DNA from: Candidatus Bathyarchaeota archaeon
Lineage (GTDB): Archaea; Thermoproteota; Bathyarchaeia; 40CM-2-53-6; RBG-13-38-9
Direction of reading: 5' to 3'
DNA: 64,000 nucleotides
NCBI GenBank assembly: GCA_963807605.1
Contig: CAWECG010000003.1
Coordinates: 320,001 to 384,000 of the forward strand
Shown one piece after another: positions 38,869 to 48,873 of the stretch (position 1 is its first letter; every line of letters begins with the position of its first letter). The position numbers and the translations under genes were made by a program. The notes beneath the pieces are model-generated. The model ran no database searches. It saw only the letters and a list, made by a program, of their open reading frames with translations, and was not told where the DNA came from.

Positions 38869-39957
38869 TTAGCGTCTCTTGCTTTTCCTTTGCTCCCATC
38901 CAATCGTTTCGTAGACTATTTCTTTCTGTCCTGGTTTGAAGGAGATACACAGCGGAACACATCCGTCGCGATACAACAGCCGTTGCTTGGGGCAAGGACG
39001 TGTCTCCGAACCTGCAAAGTAGCTGTCCCTTAGCTCATTCGTGGGCGTGCCATTCCACATTATGCTCATCGCACGGCTGTCAAACCATCCGACGCAATAG
39101 GGCGTACCAATTGTGAGCGCGCACACCCTAAGTATTCCGTTGGGATGGACCAGAATTCTCTCTCCTAGCAATTCGGGGCAATATCCATAGTAATCTGGAT
39201 TCTGATGGAACTCCTCTGAGGTTACCGAGCGTTGCGGAATTCTGACTACGATTCTGAGCTTCCCACTTCTAGCAATGTTCGATATGATGGAGTAGATTGA
39301 TGCCCATTCGTCGGCCGATATGTACGAGTCGGAGACCCATGTGTCTCGTGCGACTCCCATTTCCATGATTGGGTGGAAATTTGCGAAAGCGACCCCGATG
39401 TCTTCGAGAAATCCCACAAGCTGTTCGACGTGAGCCGCGTTCCATTTGTTTACAGTCGAAGTCACCTGCACATTATAGTTCAAATCCAGCGCAAGCCGCA
39501 TGTTTGCAACTATTTGCTCAAGGCTGCCTCCAGCTCGGACTTTGTCGTTGACCTCCTTCTTCGGGCTATCAATGCTGAACGTGATTTCATCCAAGAGCCT
39601 AAAGTCATCATCGCGCAACAGAGCACCATCAAACATTCCATTGGTGTCTAGCCTCACGTATTCGTATCCGACCCCTCTCTTTGCATATCTCACTACATCA
39701 AGAAGCGCTTGCCTGTCATAGAGAGTTGGCTCTCCACCCATGACAGTCAGCTTGATTGCACCAAGTTCCCTGAAGTCCGAAATCAGGTCCTTCGCTATAT
39801 CACTCGGAACTTCCTTATCCGACAAATGAAAGTTCAGGTCAGGTTTGTACAGGCAATACTCGCATCGCATGTTGCATTCGTCTGTGATGTACAGGAAGAC
39901 CTGTTTCAGACGGCCCTCGAAATATCGGCGAAAATCGGGGTCAATCCTGAAATACAT
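38869..39957 (-). CDS. Radical SAM protein with C-terminal auxiliary-cluster (twitch-like) domain
   Basis: YITDECNMRCEYC, MGGEPTL, DTNG, SID; CP......VHPNG.LRVC. Confidence 0.85.
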   Translation of the reverse strand: MYFRIDPDFRRYFEGRLKQVFLYITDECNMRCEYCLYKPDLNFHLSDKEVPSDIAKDLISDFRELGAIKLTVMGGEPTLYDRQALLDVVRYAKRGVGYEYVRLDTNGMFDGALLRDDDFRLLDEITFSIDSPKKEVNDKVRAGGSLEQIVANMRLALDLNYNVQVTSTVNKWNAAHVEQLVGFLEDIGVAFANFHPIMEMGVARDTWVSDSYISADEWASIYSIISNIARSGKLRIVVRIPQRSVTSEEFHQNPDYYGYCPELLGERILVHPNGILRVCALTIGTPYCVGWFDSRAMSIMWNGTPTNELRDSYFAGSETRPCPKQRLLYRDGCVPLCISFKPGQKEIVYETIGWEQRKSKRR

Positions 39958-40098
39958 TCAATTCATCCTTAACCTAATCTCTGCCTTCACCTTGAGCTCT
40001 GATGTCATCCCGGCAAGTAGCCAGTCTGATTCTCGGATTTGAACTGCCATTTGCTCGCTGAGGGAGAGCATCTGGCTTGATATCACGTGGGACGACAT
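39958..40098 (-). CDS. 46-aa peptide filling the gap between the MazG-like gene and the radical SAM gene
   Basis: ATG 3 nt after the upstream stop; TGA abuts the next ATG: MSSHVISSQMLSLSEQMAVQIRESDWLLAGMTSELKVKAEIRLRMN. Confidence 0.5.
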   Translation of the reverse strand: MSSHVISSQMLSLSEQMAVQIRESDWLLAGMTSELKVKAEIRLRMN

Positions 40099-40101
40099 CA
40101 G

Positions 40102-40419
40102 TTAGGTGACCTCGACCCATCCACGCTCTTTGTACTCCGCCGTTCTCTCCCGGTAGCGCTCGATCGCGAATCTTCTTACTTCTTCTTCGTCCACACCAAG
40201 TTCAAGGCACAAGATTGAAAGCTGCATGAAAAGATCCGCCAAACTGATCTTCAAGTTCGCCCTGTGTGCCCGAGCCTCTGAGGGAATCCTGTGGATCCCT
40301 ATGATGTCGGCGTGCACTTCACCTAGGTGATGTGTAATTAACGAAAGCCTGAAAAACACGTGCGCCTTCGGCTCCTTTACCTCCTCCACAACCTTTCTTA
40401 TTTCCTCTGCACTGACCAA
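40102..40419 (-). CDS. All-alpha NTP pyrophosphatase (MazG-like) fold protein
   Basis: LGEV...I ... LADL...L..L...LGVD.EE helical pattern; several acidic residues are atypical. Confidence 0.5.
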   Translation of the reverse strand: MVSAEEIRKVVEEVKEPKAHVFFRLSLITHHLGEVHADIIGIHRIPSEARAHRANLKISLADLFMQLSILCLELGVDEEEVRRFAIERYRERTAEYKERGWVEVT

Positions 40420-40447
40420 AAGCTCACCTCCATGAAGCCATTCAAGA

Positions 40448-40987
40448 CTATTTAGTGGTGGGCTGCTGTTTTCTTCCTCCTAGCCTTCGTTCGATCAACG
40501 ACACGATCAGCAGGGCTGCGGTAACCCATATGAATTGGACCTGGAACATATCAGTAGACAGCACTATGAGAGCTGCTCCGACTGTCAATCCAAAGACCGC
40601 AACGAAGTAAGTCAGTGTGAAAAGTTCTGATAACCATGAGGAGAGCCAGCAAAGGAACTTGACCTTCGTTGGAAGCGTTGTAGTTCTAGGATCGTAACCT
40701 CCAAACCCTGACAAGTATAGTGGAAGAGCCGTCACAGCAGCATTGATTCCGTTGACGACTCCAGTAAGGACAATGTCGCCCCCGCCAATGGCACTGCCAA
40801 TCAGTCCAATGATCATCCCGACGATTGCGCCCCTCCACCATCCCAAAAGCACTCCTGCCAAGGGAGCAATCATAATCCCAGGTGAGAGTTCTATCATACC
40901 CGGAACTACTATGATAGCGAGGCCCCTAAGGACCACGCCAATTGCCGCCAGTGTGGCGGCGAGCGCTACAGTCTCAGAGCGTTTCAA
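40448..40987 (-). CDS. ECF transporter S-component-like membrane protein
   Basis: N-terminal A.LAA..V.L and LAGVLLG...GAIVG.I.G motifs, ~6 TM. Confidence 0.6.
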   Translation of the reverse strand: MKRSETVALAATLAAIGVVLRGLAIIVVPGMIELSPGIMIAPLAGVLLGWWRGAIVGMIIGLIGSAIGGGDIVLTGVVNGINAAVTALPLYLSGFGGYDPRTTTLPTKVKFLCWLSSWLSELFTLTYFVAVFGLTVGAALIVLSTDMFQVQFIWVTAALLIVSLIERRLGGRKQQPTTK

Positions 40988-40991
40988 CAGC

Positions 40992-42089
40992 TCATCTCAT
41001 CTGTGCTGCCACTATAGAGCATGAAGGATCTGGAATTGTCAAGTCGCCGTAGTCATACCAACGCTCAGCCCGGCACTCGCCTCCTCTGCACGTGACGAAT
41101 TTGGCGCACTCGTTGCAAGGAAAGGGAGGGTTGTCGCTAACGTATCGGCACAACTGAAAGACTGGCGCCTTGGTCCAGATTTCCTTCAGCTCCTGCTCCC
41201 TGACGTTTCCGGCCCTCAAGAAATAATCGGCTAGGGGGGCGCAAGGGTACACGTCTCCAACCGGGTTTACATAGAGCTTCACCCTGCCGGCGGGGCAATG
41301 TTCGACGCTTCCACAGATGGGCTTTTTCAGATTCTCAGTGAGAAGTTCTGGGAACGCTCTTGTCGCGGCCCAGCCCGCCGGAAGTACAACCATTCCCTCT
41401 CTTTTAGCGGCCTTCCTCATAGCCACCGCGAATTCCGATCTCTGTTCGGGTGTGAGCCGCAGCTGCCGGAAGTTGTCTCGGCCTCTTCCCGCAGGAGATA
41501 TTCTGAACACGCTTATGGCTGGCTCTGCGTTAGGAGTGGATTCAGAGCCAGGATCGATGCCAATCTTCTTGGCGAGCTCGACAAGATTGGGTAAGTCTTT
41601 GTAGTTGTGCTGCATTACGACCGTGTTGAATCCCGTGTTGACACCTTCGTCCAGCAAGACCGATATGCCACGCATTGTCGCTTCCCATGAAGTCGGAATC
41701 CCGGTTACTGCTTCATGGATCTCTGGCTTACTGGCGTACATGGAGACCCAGACCTTGCGCACATTCGCTTCTTTGAGTTCTATCGCCGTTTCGCGAGTAA
41801 TGAAAGATGCATTCGTCACTACGTAGCAAGTCATCCCCAGCGTTGCGGTGCAGTGTAGTGCCAATTCCAAAAGAGCTTCCTTCCGCATCAGGGGTTCGCC
41901 GCCCGACAGAACGACCGCCTTCACTCCCAATTCATGGCCTGCATCTAGCACCTTGGCCTTGAATTCAGAAGTTGTCAATTCGTCGTTTCGTTTTTCGCCA
42001 CCGCGCGCTGAGCAGTGGACACAAGCGTGATTGCATTCCGCGGTTATTTCGATCAACATGTCTTCCGGCGTTGGCACTGGCCTAAACAT
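40992..42089 (-). CDS. Radical SAM/SPASM domain protein
   Basis: EITAECNHACVHC, SGGEPL, CPAG...LYVNP.GDVYPC, GNV, C.EC.....CRGGEC. Confidence 0.9.
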   Translation of the reverse strand: MFRPVPTPEDMLIEITAECNHACVHCSARGGEKRNDELTTSEFKAKVLDAGHELGVKAVVLSGGEPLMRKEALLELALHCTATLGMTCYVVTNASFITRETAIELKEANVRKVWVSMYASKPEIHEAVTGIPTSWEATMRGISVLLDEGVNTGFNTVVMQHNYKDLPNLVELAKKIGIDPGSESTPNAEPAISVFRISPAGRGRDNFRQLRLTPEQRSEFAVAMRKAAKREGMVVLPAGWAATRAFPELLTENLKKPICGSVEHCPAGRVKLYVNPVGDVYPCAPLADYFLRAGNVREQELKEIWTKAPVFQLCRYVSDNPPFPCNECAKFVTCRGGECRAERWYDYGDLTIPDPSCSIVAAQMR

Positions 42090-42185
42090 GATGTCCTACC
42101 CCAAACCCTCATATGATGTTTCCAGTTCTATGCGATATGAAGTTAATGTATATAGAATACACAGAGGCGTATGCATCGGACTTTC

Positions 42186-43127
42186 CTAGAACTGGTCCAC
42201 AACTTGCTCGGCGAACAGTTCCATTCCTTCCAGTTCACTGCGGGGTCCGAAATTGACGATAAGATGGTCGATCCCGGCATCTTGAAAGTCTTGCACATGT
42301 CTTCTGACTTGGTCCGGCGTACCGGCGATTAGGCCCTCCCTCCACCTGCCATCAGGCACGGCCGCTTGCTGCTCTCGGATAGCTTCACGAAGGTGTCTAT
42401 CATCCTTGACAATGATTACATGACTGAGTTTTGTTTTCAGGATTTCATCATAGTTTCTGCCAATAGTCTTACAGCATGTGCGCAGGAGGGACAGCTTTCG
42501 TCTCACCGTGTCTGGCGAGCCGAAAAGGTTGCACGCGTTCGCATGCTGCGCCACAATTTGCAGTGTTCGCTTCTCTCCCCCGCCTGCTATCAAAATCGGT
42601 GGATAGGGCACCTGGATTGGCTTCGGATTGCAGTACGCACCGCGAATTCTGTAGTATTTGCCATCGAAGTTCGTGACTTCCTGGGTCCACATCTTCTTGA
42701 GAATCTGCACTGCCTCTTCTACTCTATCCAGTCTTTCCCGAGCTCGCGGAAAGGGAATGCCGTATGCTAGCGTCTCTTCCTTATTCCATCCCGCCCCTAC
42801 CCCCATGATGGTCCTGCCTTTGGCGAGCACGTCCAATGTGGCACCCATTTTTGCTAGTAAGGAAGGATGTCTGTAGATGACCGCCGTAACCAACGTTCCT
42901 AGTTTCAATTTGGAGCTGAGACCCGCAGCATAACTGAGCGCCACCCAGCTTTCGAGCATAGGCTCACTTGGTTGCCCGAAATTTCTAATCTGATGCAGAT
43001 GGTCCATTAGCCAGAATGAGTCGAAATCAAGGCGCTCGGCCTCCGACACCAATCGTCCCAGGAAATCAGGCATGTCTTTTTTCTGGCGAACCTGAGTGAA
43101 ATCCGTGTGTTGTATGCCGAACTTCAG
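42186..43127 (-). CDS. LLM-class F420-dependent oxidoreductase (probable CTG start)
   Basis: FDSFWLMDH, LESW, LGTLVT...YRHP.LLAKM.ATLD, G.GAGW..EE, P.P.Q.P.PPILIAGGGEKRTL. In-frame LKFGIQH upstream of the ORF-track ATG. Confidence 0.88.
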   Translation of the reverse strand: MKFGIQHTDFTQVRQKKDMPDFLGRLVSEAERLDFDSFWLMDHLHQIRNFGQPSEPMLESWVALSYAAGLSSKLKLGTLVTAVIYRHPSLLAKMGATLDVLAKGRTIMGVGAGWNKEETLAYGIPFPRARERLDRVEEAVQILKKMWTQEVTNFDGKYYRIRGAYCNPKPIQVPYPPILIAGGGEKRTLQIVAQHANACNLFGSPDTVRRKLSLLRTCCKTIGRNYDEILKTKLSHVIIVKDDRHLREAIREQQAAVPDGRWREGLIAGTPDQVRRHVQDFQDAGIDHLIVNFGPRSELEGMELFAEQVVDQF

Positions 43128-43193
43128 GGGCGAGTCACCATGCCACCAGGATAGACGAAATATGCTTCCTGAATCGCTTCAGCGCAGATCCCG

Positions 43194-44009
43194 TTAGTCC
43201 GCCGGCCGAGTTATTTCCACAACCATTGCAGAATGATCACTGAGCTTCTCCAATCTCGGCTCATGAATGTAAAAGCAGCGTTGAAGGGACGGCACCGCAC
43301 TTCTCGTCGCAAAGATGTGGTCGAAACGATAACCGCTGCCGCTGTGTCCGAACCATGAATACTCTTTCTCTCCCTGATGAAAATGTCGAAATACATCGAC
43401 AAACCCGTGTTTGCAGAGGGCCGTGTAGAAACATTCCCAAGGTTTGTACTCCGAGTATTCAGGCACATGATTGGGTTCGAGCACGTTCAAATCACCGACA
43501 ATAAATCGGTTCTCAGTCTTCTTCAAATCGTCCCTGCAGACTAGCTTCTCAAAGTCGTCGAGAAACCTTTTCTTTTGTTCATTTCTCCATACCGGCGCGT
43601 AAACTCCTGTTACGAGAACGCCCTTACCTATGCTACAGACCACTGAACAAGTTCTGTACGGTAGGTATTCTGTTGAAACATTCAGTCTTTCTCTCAGGAA
43701 ACCTCTGACGGCAACAATCACTCCATAGTCCTGTGGGTCCGGATCGGGGAAGCTGACGGCATAACCAAGGCCTTCGAGCCTGTCTCTGATGTAGATACAA
43801 CCTTCGGAAAGCCTAGCTTCTGTCAGGACGACTATGTCATAGCTTTGACTCGTCATCCAGTCTACTTGCTTCGGTGCTCTTAGAAGGGATGGGTTTCTGA
43901 TGTTCCAGTTGAGGAATTTGACCACATTGGATTGCTGAGTTTCTCTCTGTTTCGGAGATGTGAGTTCGTCGAGGAATCCCTGCCTTCCCTTCCCAGACAT
44001 TTTCTTCAT
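43194..44009 (-). CDS. Exonuclease III / EEP-family nuclease
   Basis: NWNI, LTE, YGV, VYAP, GDLN, VD.FR.......YSW, RFDHIF, LSDH. Confidence 0.88.
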   Translation of the reverse strand: MKKMSGKGRQGFLDELTSPKQRETQQSNVVKFLNWNIRNPSLLRAPKQVDWMTSQSYDIVVLTEARLSEGCIYIRDRLEGLGYAVSFPDPDPQDYGVIVAVRGFLRERLNVSTEYLPYRTCSVVCSIGKGVLVTGVYAPVWRNEQKKRFLDDFEKLVCRDDLKKTENRFIVGDLNVLEPNHVPEYSEYKPWECFYTALCKHGFVDVFRHFHQGEKEYSWFGHSGSGYRFDHIFATRSAVPSLQRCFYIHEPRLEKLSDHSAMVVEITRPAD

Positions 44010-44081
44010 ATTGATAGGTTAGCTCTCAGTAGCCATTAAGCTGATTGATTATAGGCATTTGTTTTGGCTGATTTCCAGAAC

Positions 44082-44321
44082 TCAGATCTTGTTGTACAGT
44101 CGTTTCTTCAACTCGCAAATCATTTCATCGCCATACTTCTCGACAACCTTCACTGCGTCGTGGTCGGTTTCTATTTTTTCCTCGGGAAACAAATCTGCCA
44201 GCTTGTCCAAGGCTTCGTCGTCGAAAACTATGTTGCGGTAGTGCTTCGGGTTGTCATAGTCGCATTCTTTCTTTGCTTGCTGGACAAGCAGCAACGCCGG
44301 AAGATAGTCCTCCTTTTTCAC
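44082..44321 (-). CDS. Hypothetical protein (possibly a fragment)
   Basis: Plausible 79-aa helical ORF starting immediately beside a family-B repeat. Confidence 0.4.
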   Translation of the reverse strand: MKKEDYLPALLLVQQAKKECDYDNPKHYRNIVFDDEALDKLADLFPEEKIETDHDAVKVVEKYGDEMICELKKRLYNKI

Positions 44322-44329
44322 GTACAGGT

Positions 44330-44405
44330 CGGACTCGGAGCGTTTTCGGTGCTGGATTTGGTCTCAAAATTCGCGGAGGTTCATGCCTCCATAAATTTGA
44401 ACTTG
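44330..44405. repeat. Family-B repeat, copy 3
   Basis: GGACTCGGAGCGTTTTCGGTGCTGGATTTGGTCTCAAAATTCGCGGAGGTTCATGCCTCCATAAATTTGAACTTG aligns with 36484-36558. Confidence 0.7.
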
Positions 44406-44972
44406 TTAGAAGAGCTGAATCTAATTGTGTTAGCCCGCCCGTATGCACTTAGAAAATTAAGTGAATCCTGCCAAAAATATGCAACTTTTATTGCACAGAT
44501 CTGAGTGACAGCGAGGCTGTCAGAGGAGGGTCTGGGCTCTGTGTGACTATTAACGGCATGCTTGCATGGAGACTCGATCAGATGAGGCGTTACTACCAGA
44601 TTACGCTCGCGTACTCGATTTACAAACGGCGTTGTTTGGGTAGCAGCCAAGGCGATTGACAATAGCACTCGCGCGCGAAGGATTCAGAGGGCGTCAAGAG
44701 ATGTCCGAACTGCTACGGCAGAAAGTGGAGGGATCGAAGTGACGCTGTGGTTGGCAATCAGAAAAGAGTATCTTGACGCCATTCTGAAATGGCTTGCCCA
44801 TTTCGAAGAAATGTCTTGTTGTTGATTTTTAGATAGGTGTAGGTTTCAGGATTGTAGTAGTCTTTGAGCGAATCCAAGTTTCGTATGGCGTGGGTATCAG
44901 AGTGGCAGTTTAGTTTGCTTTGTCTCTCTGCCTTTTAAGTAGATTTGAACCAAAATATATCGTAGTGTCTAG

Positions 44973-46148
44973 ATGCGAATACTGCAGACAGCAGACAACC
45001 ATGTCGGTGAGACAGCATACTCACGAATAGACCCAGAGACAAATCTCAACGCAAGAAGTCTCGATTTTCTGAATTCTTTCAAGCACTTGGCTGACCTGGC
45101 TATCAAAGAAAGAGTTGATGTTTTTCTCATAGTGGGCGATTTCTTCACCAAGGTAAACCCACACTCAAAGTATATACTAGAGGCTATTCGCAAGCTCAAG
45201 CAAGTTACTCGCGCTGGGAGCAACACGATTATCGTGAGCGGCAATCACGAGACTCCTCGGATGGCGACTACCCTTAATCCGCTGACCTTGCTCGGAGAGG
45301 TCGAGGGCGTGCATGTCGCGCTTGAGCCAACGACTATACAAGTGAATGATTACGATTTTGTATGCGTTCCAGCGCCACCCAATTTTGATGAAATACGTAA
45401 CCTCTTCCAGCTACTACTCTCAATAGCACTGCAGAACTCGAAATCAAAAAAAAGGATATTGGCAGCGCACATCCCTATTGGTCAAGCAATCACAAGCTCC
45501 GAAGTGACGTTAGAAACATTTGTCGGCGAAAACGTAGAGATGAGCCAGATTCCCCAAGAATTCGAATATGTTGCGCTCGGTCACATGCACAAGTTCCAGC
45601 AGATTAACCACGATAAAATGCCTGTGTGCTATTCAGGATCATCAGAGAGATGCGAATTCAACGAGGAACATGACGACAAATATGCTCTGCTTGTGGAGCT
45701 TCAGGACGGAGTGAACGTTTCGCCAATCAAGCTGAATGTACGGAGAATGATTACGCTTGTTGACCAAGACTGCTCAGGACTCTCGGCGTCTAAGATAGCA
45801 AAACTTGTCCTGAACGAAATCGACAAACGTGGAGGCACAATCGCTGACGCCTTGGTGAGAGTGAAACTTGAGAACATCGACATTGATGAAAGCAGACTAA
45901 TCAACTGGGATGAGGTAAAGGCTCGTCTGAACAAGGAGAAGGTCTTCGACTACAAGTTTCAGCCTAGAACGACTGTATCCTTGCCTGAGTCTTCTGAACT
46001 GGCTGGCGGATATATTCTTCCCCCTTCCAAGGAATTGGAGCTCTACGTCAAAGGAAAGAGACCATATCGGGGCAAAACGAGGCTTCTCCTGAAACTGGGA
46101 TACGAGATAATCAACCAAGCCAAGGAGATGATGAGAGTTGAAGCTTAA
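44973..46148 (+). CDS. mre11: Mre11/SbcD-family nuclease
   Basis: TADNHVG, GDFF, GNHE, AH, YVALGHMH, YSGS.ER..F.E. Confidence 0.88.
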   Translation: MRILQTADNHVGETAYSRIDPETNLNARSLDFLNSFKHLADLAIKERVDVFLIVGDFFTKVNPHSKYILEAIRKLKQVTRAGSNTIIVSGNHETPRMATTLNPLTLLGEVEGVHVALEPTTIQVNDYDFVCVPAPPNFDEIRNLFQLLLSIALQNSKSKKRILAAHIPIGQAITSSEVTLETFVGENVEMSQIPQEFEYVALGHMHKFQQINHDKMPVCYSGSSERCEFNEEHDDKYALLVELQDGVNVSPIKLNVRRMITLVDQDCSGLSASKIAKLVLNEIDKRGGTIADALVRVKLENIDIDESRLINWDEVKARLNKEKVFDYKFQPRTTVSLPESSELAGGYILPPSKELELYVKGKRPYRGKTRLLLKLGYEIINQAKEMMRVEA

Positions 46149-48651
46149 GAGAGTGACCATGAGGGGATTTATGAGGTTCAAAGACAGCTTCGACATCAAG
46201 TTCCCACAAAACCAAGTTACGCTTATTGCTGGCGAGAACGGCGCAGGCAAGACATCAATTCTCGACGGGATTTGTGTCTGCCTTTACGGAAAGACTTTCA
46301 GGACCTCAGGAAAAACTACCTCGGGATATCTGAGAATCAACGATCTTGTCAATCACGAATCCCCTAATGCCACGATTAGGGTGGAATTCGAAAATCACGG
46401 CCACAATTACGTGGTAACCAGAGAGATCACGAAGCATGGTTCAGAAGGCGAACTATTTGAGGACGGAGAATCGAAAGCGCGAGGCCAGCGTGTCTATGAT
46501 TATGTTAAGAACAGGGCAATCGGCCTAGACTGGGAAGGCTTCAGAAAATCAACAATCATACTTCAAGGTGAAATGAATTCGCTTACGCAGCTTGAACCAA
46601 GCAAGAGAAAAGAAGCGTTTGTCACCCTGTTTGGTCTTGACAAGTATTTTGACTATCATAAGCTGGCACAAGAGAAGGCCAAAGGCAAGCAGTCAGATAT
46701 CGATAAGATAAAGGAAGCAAACAAGATACTCTCGTCAGACGTTCAGAAAATACCTGGAGTCAAGCAAGATATCAAGCGTATAACGCGATTGGTTGATTCC
46801 TTAGAAAGGAAGAAATTGCGACTCGATAAGACGGTTGGGCAGAGAAAACAAGAGAAGGACGCTTTAGAAGGAGACTATAATCGTTATGCCGTAGAGAAGG
46901 AAAAACTCAATGGAATAATCGGCCTGCTCAAAGAAGCGAGGAAGACTGTAAGAACGAATAATCAGGAACTTGGCAGGCTGCTACGGCTGCAAAAGAAATT
47001 CCCAAAACTAGAGGTATCTTACCAAGACTTTTCTTCGCTGGAAAGCAAGATCTCCAGTTTGAGGCCAGTCAAGTCAGAGTACGACGGATATGGTTCCGAA
47101 GTCACAGGACATAGAACCTCTCTAAAAGAAACAAAGGGAAAGCTCTCAGAGAATCTCCGTGACATTAGGCAGACTAAACAGGAGATATCTAGTCTTAGGA
47201 GACAGATTCCATCGCGGAGAAGACTGTCATCGGCAGAAGAGTCCGTGGAGAAAAGCCAGAGCCGCAAGAGTCAGCTGGAAAAGGACGAGGCTGGGTTGAA
47301 AGCCGAAATCAAACGAATCAATGAGTCCATCCAATCTTTGGAAAGTGATATGAGGCGTGTCAAAGGCAAGGCAAAGTGCCCCGTTTGCTTGCAGAAAATC
47401 ACAGAGCCGGAACAGGTGATGGGGCACTATCTGGGTGAAATTCGCACACTGGGGTCAGAGAAGCGGCAAAAAGAAAAGAGGCTCAAATCCGTAGGGGCCG
47501 ATCTGCAGGCTGTTTCGGACAAGCTCAACAAAGTTAGGCTGACCCTGACGGGGTTGAAAGAGAGGGCGGCCAAGAAAGGTGAGCTGAGCAGGGAACTAAG
47601 GAGGCTATCCACTCTCAGCGAAAAGAAGAAACAATTGAGAACCGAAATAAGCAAGGTCAAAAAGAGAATCGAAGAACTACTTCAACTGCAAGGAAAACTC
47701 AGTCTTGATCCTGACGAATATGACGACTTAGAAAAAAAGATGATGGCATTCCGTAGGAACAAGATCGCTGAAAAGTTTTCGAAGGCCAAGACCGAATTGG
47801 ACAGACTGACGAGTGTGAAAGAAAATCTGGAAAAGTCGAAAAATCGTCTTTCCAGCAGCCTAGCCGACAGAGACAATGTCATTGGAGAAATAAGAAAGTT
47901 CGGCAACATAGCGTTGCGGTACAGCACGGCTAAAACTCGCTTCGAAAAGGCACAGGATGCATTCAACAGAAATAACAGTACGCTCGCATCCAAGTCCCAA
48001 AACAAGAAACAGTTCGAGGACCAGCTGAAGGAGCTGAAAGAGAAAGAGAGAATTCTGAAGGATAACGAAAGAGCCATTCGGATTTCCCGCGAAGAGATTA
48101 CAGTTTTTGAGGAGTTGCGAGATGTATTCAAGAACATACCGGAGAACATCATGCGTAGACTCAGACCGTTCATTGAAAAGGAGGGGACGGACATCATAAA
48201 CGATCTTTCAAACAACGAGTTAACTGCTCTCAATATCGAAGAAGAAACGTTGAACGTAGCAGCTACTACGAACGGAGTGATCAGGCCCATTCATTATTTC
48301 TCAGGAGGACAGAAGACCAGAATCAATATGGCTCTTAGAGTTGCGATTTCTCGGATACTGAGCAAGTTGCCTCAAACTGAGGAACACACATTTGCTGTTA
48401 TGCGGACTTTGTTCGTCGATGAAGGAGATTTCGGCGATTTGGACGAGGCTGGCGTTCGTGAGGCAATTGCTGTTGTAAGAAACCTGACGAAGGAGTTTGA
48501 TTGTGTCATCTTGATTAGTCACGTTGACACTATCAGGGAAATATTCCATGGATACACCATTGAGGTTATTAAGACAGATATGGCCGAAAGCACCATCAAG
48601 ACATTCGGAGGCAGGGTCAGAGAATTGGACGCGCCGGAAATAGCCCTATAG
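46138..48651 (+). CDS. rad50: Rad50/SbcC-family SMC ATPase
   Basis: Walker A GENGAGKTS, Q-loop QGE, coiled coils, CPVC zinc hook, FSGGQ signature, Walker B FVDE, ISH. Confidence 0.9.
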   Translation: MKLKRVTMRGFMRFKDSFDIKFPQNQVTLIAGENGAGKTSILDGICVCLYGKTFRTSGKTTSGYLRINDLVNHESPNATIRVEFENHGHNYVVTREITKHGSEGELFEDGESKARGQRVYDYVKNRAIGLDWEGFRKSTIILQGEMNSLTQLEPSKRKEAFVTLFGLDKYFDYHKLAQEKAKGKQSDIDKIKEANKILSSDVQKIPGVKQDIKRITRLVDSLERKKLRLDKTVGQRKQEKDALEGDYNRYAVEKEKLNGIIGLLKEARKTVRTNNQELGRLLRLQKKFPKLEVSYQDFSSLESKISSLRPVKSEYDGYGSEVTGHRTSLKETKGKLSENLRDIRQTKQEISSLRRQIPSRRRLSSAEESVEKSQSRKSQLEKDEAGLKAEIKRINESIQSLESDMRRVKGKAKCPVCLQKITEPEQVMGHYLGEIRTLGSEKRQKEKRLKSVGADLQAVSDKLNKVRLTLTGLKERAAKKGELSRELRRLSTLSEKKKQLRTEISKVKKRIEELLQLQGKLSLDPDEYDDLEKKMMAFRRNKIAEKFSKAKTELDRLTSVKENLEKSKNRLSSSLADRDNVIGEIRKFGNIALRYSTAKTRFEKAQDAFNRNNSTLASKSQNKKQFEDQLKELKEKERILKDNERAIRISREEITVFEELRDVFKNIPENIMRRLRPFIEKEGTDIINDLSNNELTALNIEEETLNVAATTNGVIRPIHYFSGGQKTRINMALRVAISRILSKLPQTEEHTFAVMRTLFVDEGDFGDLDEAGVREAIAVVRNLTKEFDCVILISHVDTIREIFHGYTIEVIKTDMAESTIKTFGGRVRELDAPEIAL

Positions 48652-48873
48652 GCTGGCCCGCTATTGCTGCGAAAGATAGGGGTGCCGAGGTGTTTCCTTT
48701 TTTCTCAAACTTAAGTCCCTTTGGAAAGAACTCTAGTCCATGGGCAAGAAGAAGGAAGAAGCTCCAGAGACGCCTGTCCTGACCGATACGCACGCGCACG
48801 TGAACCCAAAGGCGGACACTTAATCATATGAACATGAAGGACCATAGTTCTAATTGAGAAAAAGGCCCTGCAT

